NCBI RefSeq assembly: GCF_006345805.1
Contig: NC_042997.1
Location: 121,086,001-121,150,000, forward strand
Direction: 5' to 3'
Origin: Octopus sinensis
Lineage: Eukaryota
Length of the DNA: 64,000 bases
The notes beneath the pieces were generated by a model. It saw only the letters and a program-made list of their open reading frames with translations, was not told the DNA's origin and did no database searches. Made by a program: the position numbers and the translations under genes. The number at the start of each line of letters is the position of its first letter. Within the stretch, counting starts at the first letter, position 1. Of this stretch, positions 1 through 13,325 are shown in pieces.

Positions 1-2024
1 TCCACGATTTGTCACGGGTCAACAGAAAAGTGGCTTGCAGTAGCCAAATGTGAATATAACTGCGAATATATGTTAGTTACAATATCGTTTGAAGCGAATT
101 TGGTCGAATATTAAATAATTATTATAGTTTTCAAATCCAATATCGCAGCATTGATTATGTATTCTGTATTCAACAACTCCCAGATTCTTTCCTTTCAATG
201 TAATTAGAAAACACGGCCCCGTTTTAAAGTAGTCCGTGGTATGCATTCTGAGTGGAATCCTTCTTCTTCGATGTAATAATGAGATCTCCGTTTTGTCCAA
301 TTTCATAGAGAAGTGGACAACACTAGAATGGAAAATATCTTCATTTACTCCATGTTGCTTTGTTCCAACTATCTTCGTAATGCTTTCCTTTTACTACTCA
401 AGAATCTGTTTCTCATCACTTTTTTCCTATCCTACTGGAGTACTTGTTTACAATTATCGTTTGTCTTATTATTATAGTAGTTGTTGGTGATGCTGCTTCT
501 TGCTGTTCTTACCAGTAACGTTTTCATTATCTCTGTGTATATATTACATTACTCTAATTGGTAGAGAAAAATTTCATATTAAAATGGCATTTGTCATTTA
601 AGAGAGACATTTATTACATCATAATGATAAACTATTGTTGCAGCAAAGACCAGAACATGTCTGTTTTAATATCTTTTCTATTGCCAGTCCATGTCTGACA
701 ATTCAAATATTGAATGATAGTTTTAAGGAGACAAAGTTTAATGCAGAGAGTATAGAATAAAGAAGAAAAATACGGAAACAGGTCCACGTATTAAGTGTGC
801 ACTGATAATAATGGAACAATGTAGAAATGATAACTTTCAAAGCATGGTGCCATTCAATGAGTTTATCGATTTCAATTTATTGTTATATTTCAGAAATAAA
901 ATATTCGTCCTTGAATCGTTTTCGAACAACGTTATTACAACTGCATTAATTGTTTTATGAGTAGAGTTCCAAAGATTCTAAAACGCTGTCATGTCGTTTT
1001 ACTTTATTTTATTTATCTTTTTCATCATTTGTCCATAGATTATATTCTTTTAAAATTTCATCTTTGAACTTCCTTATTTTGAAATTTATCATTTGTCTTT
1101 GCCACCAGAATTCCCTATTTTTAATGACACGTTGTAGTATATATGGAATCGAAAAAACACCGTTCATATCTTCAATCTTTACGCTATTCATATCATGTAA
1201 TTTTCGAAAACAGTGCTGATAAATTCATTTTTGTTTTAATAAAACAAATGACACACCTTTCAATTCTTTCTTATAATTATTCATTTTCTTTAAAGAAACA
1301 TGTAATTTCCTAATTACAAATGTCATCGCTGTACCATTCTTTTCTCCTCCAGTATATTTGGCACCTCTCTCATCTTTAACTGTTGAAGTAATTTTTGTTG
1401 TAATTTTTTTTTCAAACTATTATTTACAACAAGCGTAAAATATTCATTTGACGCCTAAGTTATTTCTTTTCTCCAACTGACGCACTTTTTCAAAAGATTT
1501 AATTGAAACTAAACAACATCAGCACTCTGTTCTATTATTGGTCGCAATCTGTTTGTTATGTTTAATAACAGACTGATTTTTTAATCGATAAATTGTTCTA
1601 AACGAATATTAAGTATTGTCTCAAAAACTCCATTTCTTTTTTTTAATTGTCTGAGAAGAATTTCTTTTTTCTTTTTTTTTCGTGTTATTAACAAAGAATA
1701 TTTTCTCGTTTCTGATTTCATTTTCCAGTGGCGCCATGTATAGTGGGCAAATAACTCTAGAATTTTAAGCTTCTCGATTTATGATTCCAACATGATAAAG
1801 AATATCTTATTGCAAATTTATGGAAAATAGAAACTAGCAGAAAATGAAAACAAAGCTCCTTAAGTAAAAATGATACACAGATATTTCGAAACATAATTTG
1901 ATTTTATAAAGGAGCACAAAAGTATTGTCATAGAAATCGCCTAATTACAATCTTCAAAAACGGTGAATTGACCTATAATGCAAACATAACAGAGACACCG
2001 ATAGGAGACTACTTTTTATAATTC

Positions 2025-2199
2025 ATTTCTTTATTGCCCACACGGGGCTAAACATAGAGGGGACAAACAAGGACAGACAAAGGAATTAAGTCGATTACAT
2101 CGACGCCAGTGCGTAACTGGTACTTATTTGATCGATCCCGAAATGATGAAAGGCAACGTCGACCTCGGCGGAATATTTCGCTCGGCGTGCTAACGATTC
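2025..2199 (-). mobile_element. SINE family B copy, internally deleted around the B box
   Basis: Matches copies at 44140-44352, 59664-59889 and 40747-40963; central GTCGACTTTGCCTTTCATCCTTTCGGGGTCGAT-type domain; tail ending in AATAAAGAAA. Confidence 0.85.
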
Positions 2200-2332
2200 G
2201 ACGTCTTCGAACTGTAAATGTTTTATTCAACGTATACTTAATTTTTCATCTAGTATTAGTATATTTACGTATACATATACATATAGGTACGTGTGTGTGT
2301 GCATATACATCTGTGTATAGTATGCACATATT

Positions 2333-2400
<68 letters not shown>

Positions 2401-3210
2401 TATACATATACATATGTGTATCTATATATGTATACTTACATACATAATATTGCCCTGGAATTAGTTAAATGGAATTGCTCAAGTGTAAATTTACCGTATA
2501 TCATACCTATATAAGAACCTTCTCGGTCTGATAGATCTCTGAACGACATTGAAGAAGATTTGATGATGCAATACATAAAGCAATATGTTTTCATCAGGAG
2601 AAATGGAGATAAGTTTTGACTATTATAAGCTGTATAACGTAAACACATCTTTGATTTGTAGGATTATAACTTAGTGATCCTTATTCACAATTTGATGTTG
2701 GATATATTTCTATTACAAATTCGTAGGCCGCTTTAATTTTCCATTGCTCATATTCAGTTAGAAATATTCTAGGTTCTATCTACAACATGATTTCGAATTA
2801 GATTTTATATATTGCGTGACTGACAATAATTGAAACTTGTAATGTATACAGTTCTCGCATTTATCTTTCAATAAACCATTTTCCCAACAATATTCATAAT
2901 CTCTTCATCTGATTCAAACTACGTTTATCGTCTTCTCTCTTTTTTCATAATATTCCTTCATCTCTTACTTAGAGCCGACTTCGTTCATTTGTTAAATATT
3001 TTCATTTCATTCAAATGTTATATATCATTAAAACCCAATAAATATCTCAATCTTAGGAGTATAACTATTCTTAGTAAAAGTTGTTTACTTTTTCTCAAGA
3101 ATATTTATACACCATACATCAACTAAACATGCTAATTGATGAGAAATATCTGTCTCTCTCTCGCTTTATGCGTGTTAGACTGTCTATTTTTCCCCATCTC
3201 TCTCTCTCTC

Positions 3211-3246
<36 letters not shown>

Positions 3247-3302
3247 GAAAAGTGACAAGAAAAGAATGAAACATCCATATTAAATAAACATAGGTTTTAT
3301 GT

Positions 3303-4432
3303 ATTTTTTTATTTTTTTTATCTTATCTAGTTTCAGCTCACGAGCTGTGGCCATGCTGGAGCACCGCCATTTGCTGTAGCTACATGATTTTACTTCACCA
3401 ATAATTTTTAGCAATTGCCATTTGGTGCATGAGAGAGTTCGATGCAGCTGCCCTCATCTGCACCTCCTGCCGTGAAGTTGGTTCATCTGGGACACCTGAC
3501 TGGAAGAGATCCAGTTTTATTTTAAAGACATCTGCATCCACCCCATGCAGGTCTCTCAGGTTCTTCGGGGGGATATTGAAGAGCTGTGGGCCTCTGAAGC
3601 CCAGTCTATCACAGTATCTTGTCCTACATCTTGATGACAACTTTGGAGTCCTTGGCACTATGCAGTGGCGCCCAGTTCTAGCATTTGTACAACTCTCGAT
3701 GCCAAAATTTGGGACAAGTCCTTCTAGGATCTTCCAGATGTATATTATGGCATATCTTTCTCACCTACGCTCTTAGGATAGAGTCTTAATCTCTTGAGTC
3801 TTTCCCACTAGCTTATATGCAGCACAGAGGCTATCTTCTTCGTGTAGCTTCGTTGGATCGCCTCAAGTTCTGTGATTAACTTGACACTGGATGGTGACCA
3901 TAGCTGAGAGCAATAGTCAAAGTGTCTTAGGATATGTGTCCTCCAGAAGACCATTATGGTTTCCTGGTCTCTTGTTCTAAAGGTTCTAAGAATCTATCCG
4001 GTCAGCCGCCTACATTTCATTGCCAATTTAGCAACATGCACATGAAAGGTTGCATCATCACTCACGTAAATACCCAGGTCTCGCACTGATTGTGTCTCTG
4101 GTATTGCAATCCCTCCAGGTCCCGTGTATTTATTGGGTATTGCATTTAGATTTGCATGCTGATAGCATAAAGCTTGAAACTTTTCAGCATTGAACTGTAT
4201 GCTATTCTTTTCAGCCCACTTGTATATTTTGTCCAGCTCACATTGTTGGTGCATAGTGTCTTCAGGGTTCTGTATCGCCTGTGAAACTTTTGTATCATCT
4301 GCATAACTTGTGATCGTGGCTCTCTGCGTGGGTGAGGGTATGTCTGAGGGAGCCATTATGAACAGTAGTGGTCCCAAAACAGTGCCTTGCGGAATACCGC
4401 TCACTATTTGCGTGTTATTGGAGGTGTCCCCA
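3303..4432 (-). mobile_element. 5'-truncated CR1-like LINE (RT C-terminal half, 3' UTR, A-rich tail)
   Basis: GIPQGTVLGPLLF, SYADDTKV, FNAEKFQ, VRDLGIY; C-terminal FKIKLDLF..VPDEP..RAAASNSL; frameshifted; A-rich tail at 3303-3325. Confidence 0.92.
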
Positions 4433-5747
4433 TTATGTTATAATTTAGAACAAACAATAAGAGGTTGTCCATTATAGTACTCGGAGTTTCGAATGTGTGT
4501 GTGGATATGTGTGTACGTATGAGTATGTACATACGCATATATGTTTGTGTGTGTGTATGTGCATGTACGTATACAAGTTCGTGTGATTGTGTACGTATGT
4601 AGAAGTTGTGAACGCAGGAAGTTTATTTCTAGGTATTGTTTGAATATGGTTGCGTGTATTTTTTTATTTTTACTTATTTTCTTTTCCTACCTATTAGATT
4701 AACTTCCATTAACATTTAATGGCTTTTCATAGCATCTGCTGCCATTAATAGCCGAAGAGAATGTACCGTAGATCTTCTATAATGACAACCTTTCAAAGTT
4801 TATTTAAAATTATAACATATAACCGAATCCAAAGACGAAATATGTGTGTGTGTCTGTGTGTGTGTCATTATGTATATCACGAGTGAAGGATCTCAGTATG
4901 CAATGCATGCACTGCATACCTTACTATTTTCCCACAATAAATAAATTTTGTGCAATATGCAACTAGATTCCTTGTAGTCATATTTAATGTTAATTCGCAT
5001 TCCTTCATTTCTTAAAATAAATTGTAAATAATCAATATTTTTTAAATAAGTGTAAGTAGTGAAAGCTCCTGTTTGCTTAGCGAGAAATGAAGAAAAAGCT
5101 GTGAATTAATTGCTTTTCTATTCTTTTGTGGAGGGAACATCAAGAAGAAAGATCAAGCAAATGAGTAAGTGGTCAAAGTAGAGAAAAGCTAATTTTTCTA
5201 CTTACTTTCGGTCATAGTCAGTAATAGCAATCTATAAGTCCCTTCGTATTCTATTATTCTCTTAAAGAATGGAGCGTTGATATGAGGGACAAAATTAACG
5301 GGTATATGGTCAACAGAATGAAGGGCAACGGAATGCAAGTTTTTCTACTGCTTTGAGTTCAATCAAAGTAAGAGCGCTAGTGTTATTTTTTTTTTTTTTT
5401 GTATTCCATTATTTTCGAGAAAGAAGCGTCGAAAACAAGGACAAAACAAAACAAATTAGTGAGTTGTCAAAAAAGAGATACACAGAGATAGTAAATATTT
5501 TGCTGTTTGCATTTCAGTTGTGTTTAGCTAGCAGACACGTTGTCAACTTTATTTTTTCTCCTGACGTGTTTATGCCTGTACTGCCCTGCGCAGCAGAGAC
5601 CAAAACTTGCCTATTCAGAGGATTTTCTTGTGGCTTTTCTCATTATCGGATAAATTTAGACGGGAAATGCATTTATTCAATTTACAAGTTTGTGTTATTG
5701 CTTTCTCATATATTTCGTACGATTATTCGGTAACGAAGAGTACACAT

Positions 5748-5975
5748 TTTATCTTTTATCTTTTACTCCTTTCACTCTGAAGATTGTGGTCATGCTGGGA
5801 CACCACGTTAAGTAATTTTTACGCCAATGAATCTACCGCGGTTCTTTTTTAAAGCACGGTACTTATTATTTTGGTCACGTGCCGAACTGCTAAGTTACGG
5901 GAACATAAACACGCAAATGCCGGTTATCAAGCATTGATAAAGGACCAACACAGACACAAAGACACGCACACTCAA

Positions 5976-6006
<31 letters not shown>

Positions 6007-6135
6007 CACACACAAACATACGATGTTTTTTTTTTTTTCAGTTTCCCTCTATAAAGTCCAATGACCCGGGAGGGAAATTCGCTTAGGAGCGTGCAAGCTC
6101 AGGTCCAATTTATTTTACAAACATGGCTGATTTGT
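5748..6135 (-). mobile_element. SINE family A, old copy
   Basis: GCCGAACTGCTAAGTTACG and GGTCATGCTGGGACACC motifs plus internal (CA)n; homologous to 15774-16197. Confidence 0.75.
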
Positions 6136-6199
6136 AAAAATGTTAATATTAAATTAAATATGGGCATGATGATATTTATCATTATCATATATGTTAAAA

Positions 6200-7150
6200 C
6201 TAATACTTCTGATTATTTCAAAGGTTTTCCTATAATCGCTCAATTTGATGTTGAAGTTTTCCAAGAGGAGGCCCAAAAGTTTTGATGTACTTGCATTACA
6301 GCACAGTGTAAGACGGTGTTGCATCATTGTAGTAGGGAGTCAAGTCTTCAAACACTAAAATGTGCTGAAAATTCTCTTGCTTGAAGCAACATACACCGGC
6401 TTGCAACATAGCATTTTCATCACAAGGGCTGGTCCATAGTGCTTTCGGAAGAACGAGGATTTCGTGAACAAAGTTCAATGCACCAGTGACCATCGACATC
6501 TTAGATCTAATTTCTTGGAGGACAAGGTCCGGAGAATGGTTTCTGCAGTGTAGAAAGTATATTAGGAAACATGTCTTTTAATCTCCTTTTTTATGCCTGA
6601 AAAGTTCCTGCGCATAATACATGCATCATCAAAGACAAAAGTAGCATAATTTTGATCTTAGCTCAAAGAAATATTTAGGAAACACGAACATCCAGAATAG
6701 CCTTAAACACTGTATCTGAAGTGTAGTCAAGAGGGTTATAAAAACTGAGACAATCTTCGTGGACATCCTGGTTTCACAAAGATAACAAGAACTGTTCCCT
6801 GTTCCATGCCAGATCAATCACTTATAACATCAGTAAACATGGGAACATCAACCATTTTTCTGATCTAATGCTTGGTGTTATGAGCATATACATATAAGAT
6901 TTCATATTGTATTGTGTCAGGTAGGAAATTTACTCGTCGTTTAAGCTACTAAATTATTTCTTCAGCATAGTTTTCGGCAAATACTTTTTTGAGATTTACA
7001 AAGTTTCCTGTTACATGTGTTCAATTTCTTTTCAAATGGTGGAACTAGTAACGTCTTTTATATTTTACCAAGTATATTCCATGATCCTTCAACAGTGAAA
7101 CTGCAAACTTATATCATCTTTCACTAAGTATGTTCTTTAATCATTCGATT
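6200..7150 (-). pseudogene. Decayed hAT-superfamily transposase (ZMYM1/hAT5-like)
   Basis: Manual translation across frames: GNFVNL..NFLPDTIQYEIL; DVHEDCLSFY..TVFKAILDV; FDDACIM (cf. YDGAxxM); LHCRNHSPDLVLQE (hAT CxxH motif); many stops. Confidence 0.75.
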
Positions 7151-7439
7151 AACTGGTAACTACTGATTTTTAAAGATATTCTTTTCATTCTTTATTTTCA
7201 AGGACAGAATAGTTGGCTTACATGGAAATATTTGTTCAGTGATATATGATCCACAAGCTCAGTTATTCTAAGAACAACTGTAAGAGACTTGACGTATTAT
7301 TTCTTAATCTCGTATTTAATATAACTACCCTGAAATTATGTTTGAATTATAAATTATATGCTTTATTACTTATTCATCCCTCTTTCTAATATATCAAGTC
7401 ATCCCATAAGTATTGTCCGAAAATAGCTGTGGAAATGAC

Positions 7440-8050
7440 CTGAACATTGTGAATGGGGTTGTATTGGTGGTAAAAACTAGGTCGAGTATTTATTTCCCCT
7501 AGGCGGACGGATAACAAATTGTTGCATGAAGAAGTCTTTAGTGCTCTCAAGAAGAGCACTCATGTCTCCCCTGTTCAGTTGTTTAATTTCAGATTGGATA
7601 TAGCTCTCAGTACAGCTGAGACAAAAATTAAAATCCCCTGCTAAACGTCCATTGGTCTGTGGGCTGGGCACATTTGGGATTTGACTTATGAGCGACAAAA
7701 CGTCTTTGGAGTAATCTCCGTAGTTAGCTGCATCAGCAAGCCAGTAGGTAAATACCTATGATCAAATTGAGGCCAATCGCATCCATTATTAGTGTATTGC
7801 ACACCGTGTTGGAGAGGGAGAGGAGGACATTTGTTGCCAGGTCTCCTTGGATGAAGATCCTTATTTCTCCTTCTTTCCATATTCTGTGTTCAATTTTGAG
7901 TAGTACATGATATGACATATATACTTCCGCATCCAATTTGTCTGGGGTAAGGTGCGCTTCACTTTTCTCCTTTTCGCTGTGAAAGGTCTCTAAGATATGA
8001 TACTTTTGTTTCATTTGTAAAGTGTGGAATACCTCGTAATTTCGGCGTTA
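7440..8050 (-). pseudogene. Apurinic-like endonuclease domain fragment of a CR1-like LINE
   Basis: SEAHL..LDAE, SLSNTVCNTL, LAGDFNF, QFVIRPPRGN motifs across frameshifts. Confidence 0.75.
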
Positions 8051-8776
8051 TTATTGGGTTGAGTTTGTCGGTTAATGACAGCAATGATGTGATTGTACAC
8101 TGGGTTAATATCAGTTGTTGGTGCTGTGTGAAGGCTAGACGGTTTTTCTTTTTGTTATTTCTTTTGCCAGATTCATCATCGCTAAAAGCAAATTTTCTCG
8201 TTTTGGGTTGCACTTTTGATTATGGCTATAGTTATATTGTTTGCAGCTGTTGATTTTACTATTGAACCCAGTAGATATCTGGGTGACTTCTGGTTTTCGA
8301 TTAGGGACTGTGGATTTGGTGGTAGTTTCGTGTCATGTTTTTAACTTGTGCATCGAATCACTGGAAGTTAGGTGAAGGGACGGTCGCACATCAGAAATAA
8401 TCTTTTCTGTTGAGAATAGCAATAGATTTTGAGATTCCGGGTTACATAAGTAGAAGTCATTAAGTGTGATTTAGCATATAGTAGTGGTGGTTACGGAAGT
8501 GGTGCTGTTGCTGCTTCCGCTGCTGGTGTCCTAAAATGTGTGGTTTGGCGTTGGTTGGATTTGCTTATACAAATTGTGCGTCTTGTGCCAGGTAAATGGC
8601 TGAAATTATAGTTACTGCGTATGCATACACTATCGCATTGAGAACAGCCTCATACTGTGGGGTTTCCTGTTTTCATAATTTTGTTTGAGTTACAGTTGGC
8701 AGATTTACCATGGATTTGTCAATTATACATTCAGACTGAGACGAATAGTGGGGCGGGGTGATTCTTCACCAATTGC

Positions 8777-8823
<47 letters not shown>

Positions 8824-8848
8824 CAGTAGCAGCAGCAGCAGCAGCAAC
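8777..8848 (+). repeat. (GTA)n-(GCA)n trinucleotide microsatellite
   Basis: Direct reading. Confidence 0.95.
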
Positions 8849-9057
8849 AGTGGAACAGTATGTCGATACTGATGATGAATGTCCTTTGTTTTTCTGAGAA
8901 GAATTTTTAGTGACCTGACTCTGGAGATGAACTAGGGACAGTGCTGTTTAATGAGTGATCAATTGTTATAGTATTGAAGAGTGACTTCCAATGATGATGA
9001 AGATGATTATATATATATATATTATATATATATATATATATTATATATATATATATA

Positions 9058-9665
9058 TAAGGAAAGCCATAAACAGAAAAAAACGGGTACCTTTTTCTCA
9101 ATTCAACATTCTGCTAAAACGGACAGGTTAGTAAACAAACTCGCCTTGAATTCATAATATTCTGTACTGACCCTGAGATGTATAAAATATTTATTTTAAT
9201 AATTTTTTCTGCCAATTTTTCAAATATTCTCACCATACTGTTGTACTATGTCCTTTTTACCAAAGACTGTATATATACATGTAATGTGACAATTTGCAAC
9301 AACCAATAATGAACGCAACCAAAACTTCCAATAATATATTTGTTTTATTCTTTTCTGCCCTTTTTTTTCAAATATTCTCATCACACTGTTGAACTTCTTT
9401 ATGCCCTTAACATGTCCCTGTTACCAAAGACTATATATATACATGTAATGTGGCAATTATGTAAAAAAACCTTTTTGAATTCATAATATTCAATGTGGCA
9501 ATTATGTAAAAAACTTTTTTGAATTCATAATATTCTATGTTACTTTTGACAATCTTTTTCCAAAGAGTGAAACCGGTTAAGAAAATAAACATCTTTTAAA
9601 TTGCATTTTCAAATCTTCTTTCGTATATAATTCCACTCGTGCGATACCCCACAACTCAACTTTGT
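9058..9665 (+). mobile_element. (TA)n-flanked PLE-terminal-like element with internal duplications and a hammerhead-like motif
   Basis: TA tracts on both sides; ~44-bp tandem duplication at 9447-9534; motif TTGACAA..GAAACCGGTT at 9546-9578 followed by AATAAA. Confidence 0.55.
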
Positions 9666-9667
9666 TA

Positions 9668-9699
<32 letters not shown>

Positions 9700-10097
9700 C
9701 ATATATATTATATGCAAAATTTTAATTTTCAGGAAGCTTTTAGTTCAGTAATATATCTTTCTAGTAATTTTGGTGGGGTTTTCTTTTTATTTAGTTCTTA
9801 TTTTGTGAAGAAAGCTAACTTGAAATAACTTTTTTATATATCAATTTCTAGACTCTGTTTTCTAAACCTGAAAATGGTGTCATTGCGCACTGCTGTCTAT
9901 TCACCATGACAATTAGTTATGAAGTACTATTAAAAAAGTCCTTCAATATGTGTATGTGTATGTGAGTGTGTCTGTGCGCGTGTGTAGAGAGACAGACAGA
10001 CAGACAAACATAGACAGAAACAGACAGTCAAACAGACAGACAAATATACACACACACACACACACACACAGATAGATAGATAGATATTTTTTCAATA

Positions 10098-10310
10098 TTT
10101 TACTTGTTGCAGTTATTAGAATGTGGCCACTGTGGGGCACATACTGGAAATTTTAGTCGAATGAATCGTCCGCAGTAATTAGTTATTTAAGCCTTGTACT
10201 AATTTTATCGGTCACTTTTGTAGCGCCGGTACCTTATGGGGTTGCAATCACAACAACACTGATTGTTAAGTGGTGGTTCGGGGACAAACGCAGACAGAAA
10301 GACACACAGC
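10098..10310 (-). mobile_element. SINE family A 3' half, old
   Basis: Similarity to the 3' half of 15774-16197. Confidence 0.65.
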
Positions 10311-11411
10311 ATAGTTATACGTACATGCATATATGCATACACATGCATACCTACACACACATACACACACATATATATATATCATGCAACTACAGTAATA
10401 CGTAGTTGAATATTATTATTAAGGACGCAATTTACTCGCAAGATCTTTCAGAGCTTGTCCCTAAATCGGTTCTTAACAAAATTGAGAACTGATAACATTT
10501 TTGAAGAGGACTGTTTCCTAGCTACTTTTTGGCATAAGAAAATTGAGATTTGGTCCCGTAGAAAAATATTTACATCAAAATTTGTAGCAATGTTATGGAA
10601 GAGTACGTAACGCCTCCATTCAAGTTTAGAGCTAAATAACTTCTTTTTTTATTTCAAAAACAATCTATATTTATCTTAGCTTCAATGATAGAAAAAAATA
10701 ATTAGGAACTTCATAGACTTGGCCCTATGGAACATAAGTTTTTATCAAAAAAATTGTGAGGTAAAATACCACGAAAAAATTATACGGCAAAACTGTACTT
10801 TAAGCTTAAATGATAGAGACCAATTCGTGAATTTCATGGTATCCATCTTAAGCAATGAGGTTTTAAAAGAAAAAGGTATTGAGTGTTTCTTTCTCAAATT
10901 TCATGGTGCTAATATAGTTCTATACCTTTTTTTTTATGAAAATAGTTCTATAAGGCATCATTGAGGTAAGGAAACAATTATCAACGACACCGCTAATTTG
11001 CAATTAGTTTAATTACATCAACTGTATTAATTAATGCAATTATATCATGTAAACACAGACTCGTAATAATTATCCAATATTCTATAAGGCAAAATCTTAA
11101 ATTATTAAAATCATTAATTAGCATAATAGCATAGCCTGGAAAAAACATGGATTACATGTGAAAATGCGAGCAAGAGAAATAATATTCCTAGGAATACAAA
11201 CCTGGAAAAGTACAGGACAAGTTATTACTTCTTGTAAGTGAGTTACTTGGTATTTATAAGAATGGGGAAGTTAAAGGTAAACTTAATTCATTCATACCTT
11301 AATGTAAATGGGGTTAATAGTTACTCAAATTCATTCCCACTGCATCGTGCGAGAGTACATTTATATTTGCGTGTAGGTATCATGAGAGTCTTTCAGAGAT
11401 TTTATTAACGA

Positions 11412-11690
11412 GGTTCTTTCAATTTCCGTCTAGCAAATCCACTCGCACGTCTTTGGTCACCCCGAGGCTATAGTAGAAAACACTTGTCAAAGGTGCCAAG
11501 CAATGGGACTAATCACAGCCGGGCCTTCGAGTTCGCAATAGTCTTTCACATGCATTCATTCTTCGACGAGCTTGCTTTCCATGGCTCCGGGTTCAGTCCC
11601 ATTATGTGCATCCTGGCAAGTGCAATCTACTTCAGCCACAGTGCGACTAAAGCCTTGTGAGTTGAATTAGTTGACAGAAAAGTCTGTTGT
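11412..11690. mobile_element. Two divergent SINE A 5' halves, head-to-head (11412-11520 minus; 11568-11690 plus)
   Basis: GAGGCTATAGTAGAAAACACTTG on one side; CCGGGTTCAGTCCC..AAAGCCTTGTGAGT on the other. Confidence 0.7.
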
Positions 11691-11720
11691 ACACACACAC
11701 ACACACATACACACACACAA

Positions 11721-11751
<31 letters not shown>

Positions 11752-12344
11752 GAAAGAGAGAGAGAGAGAGAGAGAGAAAAGAGAGAGAGCAAGAAATACA
11801 GGTGTGCAGTTTATATCCAACCAAACTTAACAATTTTCCTCATCTACCAGTGAATAGAAACAATTTCTGTACAAGCACATTTCAATAAAGACATTTTATT
11901 CATCCAAAAATACAAAACAAGTCTAAATATGAGCACATAATCAACTTTGGTCTAGTATATATTTTAATTCATGATCACATACCAATCACTGTACATATTT
12001 CTTCTCACTACTTAAGCATTTGAGTTGTTCGTAGTATCTAATTATATATATTATAATATATATATATATATATAGATATATATAGATATATTATATATAT
12101 ATAATAAAATATATATAATAATATATATATATATCCCCACCCCGAAAGATGAGCAATTACTTCCCTGTCTCCAATAATAACAATCACAATCAGCCCCCTT
12201 TATATTTGTCATTTGTCGAATCATCACGTCTTGTTTAGCGAAAGCGAAATCGGTCGTTAATACCAATGCCACTTTCACTGATATAAAATAAAAATAAAAA
12301 CTAGATATATTAAAACTCAGTAAACTTGTGTATTTTCTTTCTTT

Positions 12345-12400
<56 letters not shown>

Positions 12401-12402
12401 TA

Positions 12403-13160
12403 TGGGGTAGGTTGGTAACCAACGCCCGGTTATTTACTGAATAGCAGAAGTGAGGTGTTTAGTTTTTGCTCACATGAAAGGAGAACACAGTCAATGCAAA
12501 CATAGATCCCCATCCTTGACCTTCTATCAATGCCTTCGGATCCGGCATATGGCACACACGTACACCCCTCTAAGGCAGACACCCCACAAAATAGATTTCT
12601 ACCACCACCCCAACATATACTCTTTCACACACATTGTACCACCACACATATATAGACCACACATACACATTCATTACATACCGCCTGCTAAAATAAACCC
12701 CACCCCGGCACGACCTTAACGAATACAGAAAGAAAACAGACCAACGAACACAATTATATATACCTATACCCCTGGAAAAATTATACATATGACACCACTA
12801 TACATATCACAGACCCCATCCCTACAGGAGCACTACGCTTAATAACGCAAATTTCCCCAGAAACAATTATCTCGAACCAACCTCACAGGAAACCCAATCA
12901 AGAGACGTAACTCGTAGACTAATCCCCTGGCACTTTTTTCGTTTCACCTCCTTATACAGAGCAACAGCATGCTGGTTAAGTAATCGTCCTCCGACAATGG
13001 AGAGAGCAGTCACCATATTCACTTCCATATCGGCTAACTCTGACGAGCGTAAGGATATGTAGTCGGATTCTTACTTAACACACCATTGCATTCCTTACGC
13101 GAAACGATCAATGTGGATATCCTTGATGGATATATACTACTATACGTTTCGAATAACTAT
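12403..13160 (+). mobile_element. Penelope-like element 3' fragment (end of GIY-YIG ORF, UTR, hammerhead-like motif)
   Basis: 12431-12490 translates YLLNSRSEVFSFCSH (cf. LLNxRSE..CxH); CTGACGA-stem-GAAAC at 13040-13105; TA flanks. Confidence 0.65.
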
Positions 13161-13174
13161 ATATATATATTTAT

Positions 13175-13176
<2 letters not shown>

Positions 13177-13231
<55 letters not shown>

Positions 13232-13325
13232 AAGATAGAGGGATAGATGGATAGATAGATAGATAGATAGATAGATAAATACATACATACATACATACAT
13301 ACATACATACATACATACATACATG
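13177..13325 (+). repeat. (GATA)n-(CATA)n microsatellite
   Basis: Direct reading. Confidence 0.95.

Noticed and set aside
2557-2655. TTGATGA..TAAAC hammerhead-like arrangement
   Set aside because: G12 absent, positions 3:8 non-canonical and stem II poorly paired; too degenerate to call
12220-12262. GC-GAAA-GC-GAAATCGGTC, resembling the 3' half of a hammerhead
   Set aside because: No recognisable CUGANGA-type core upstream
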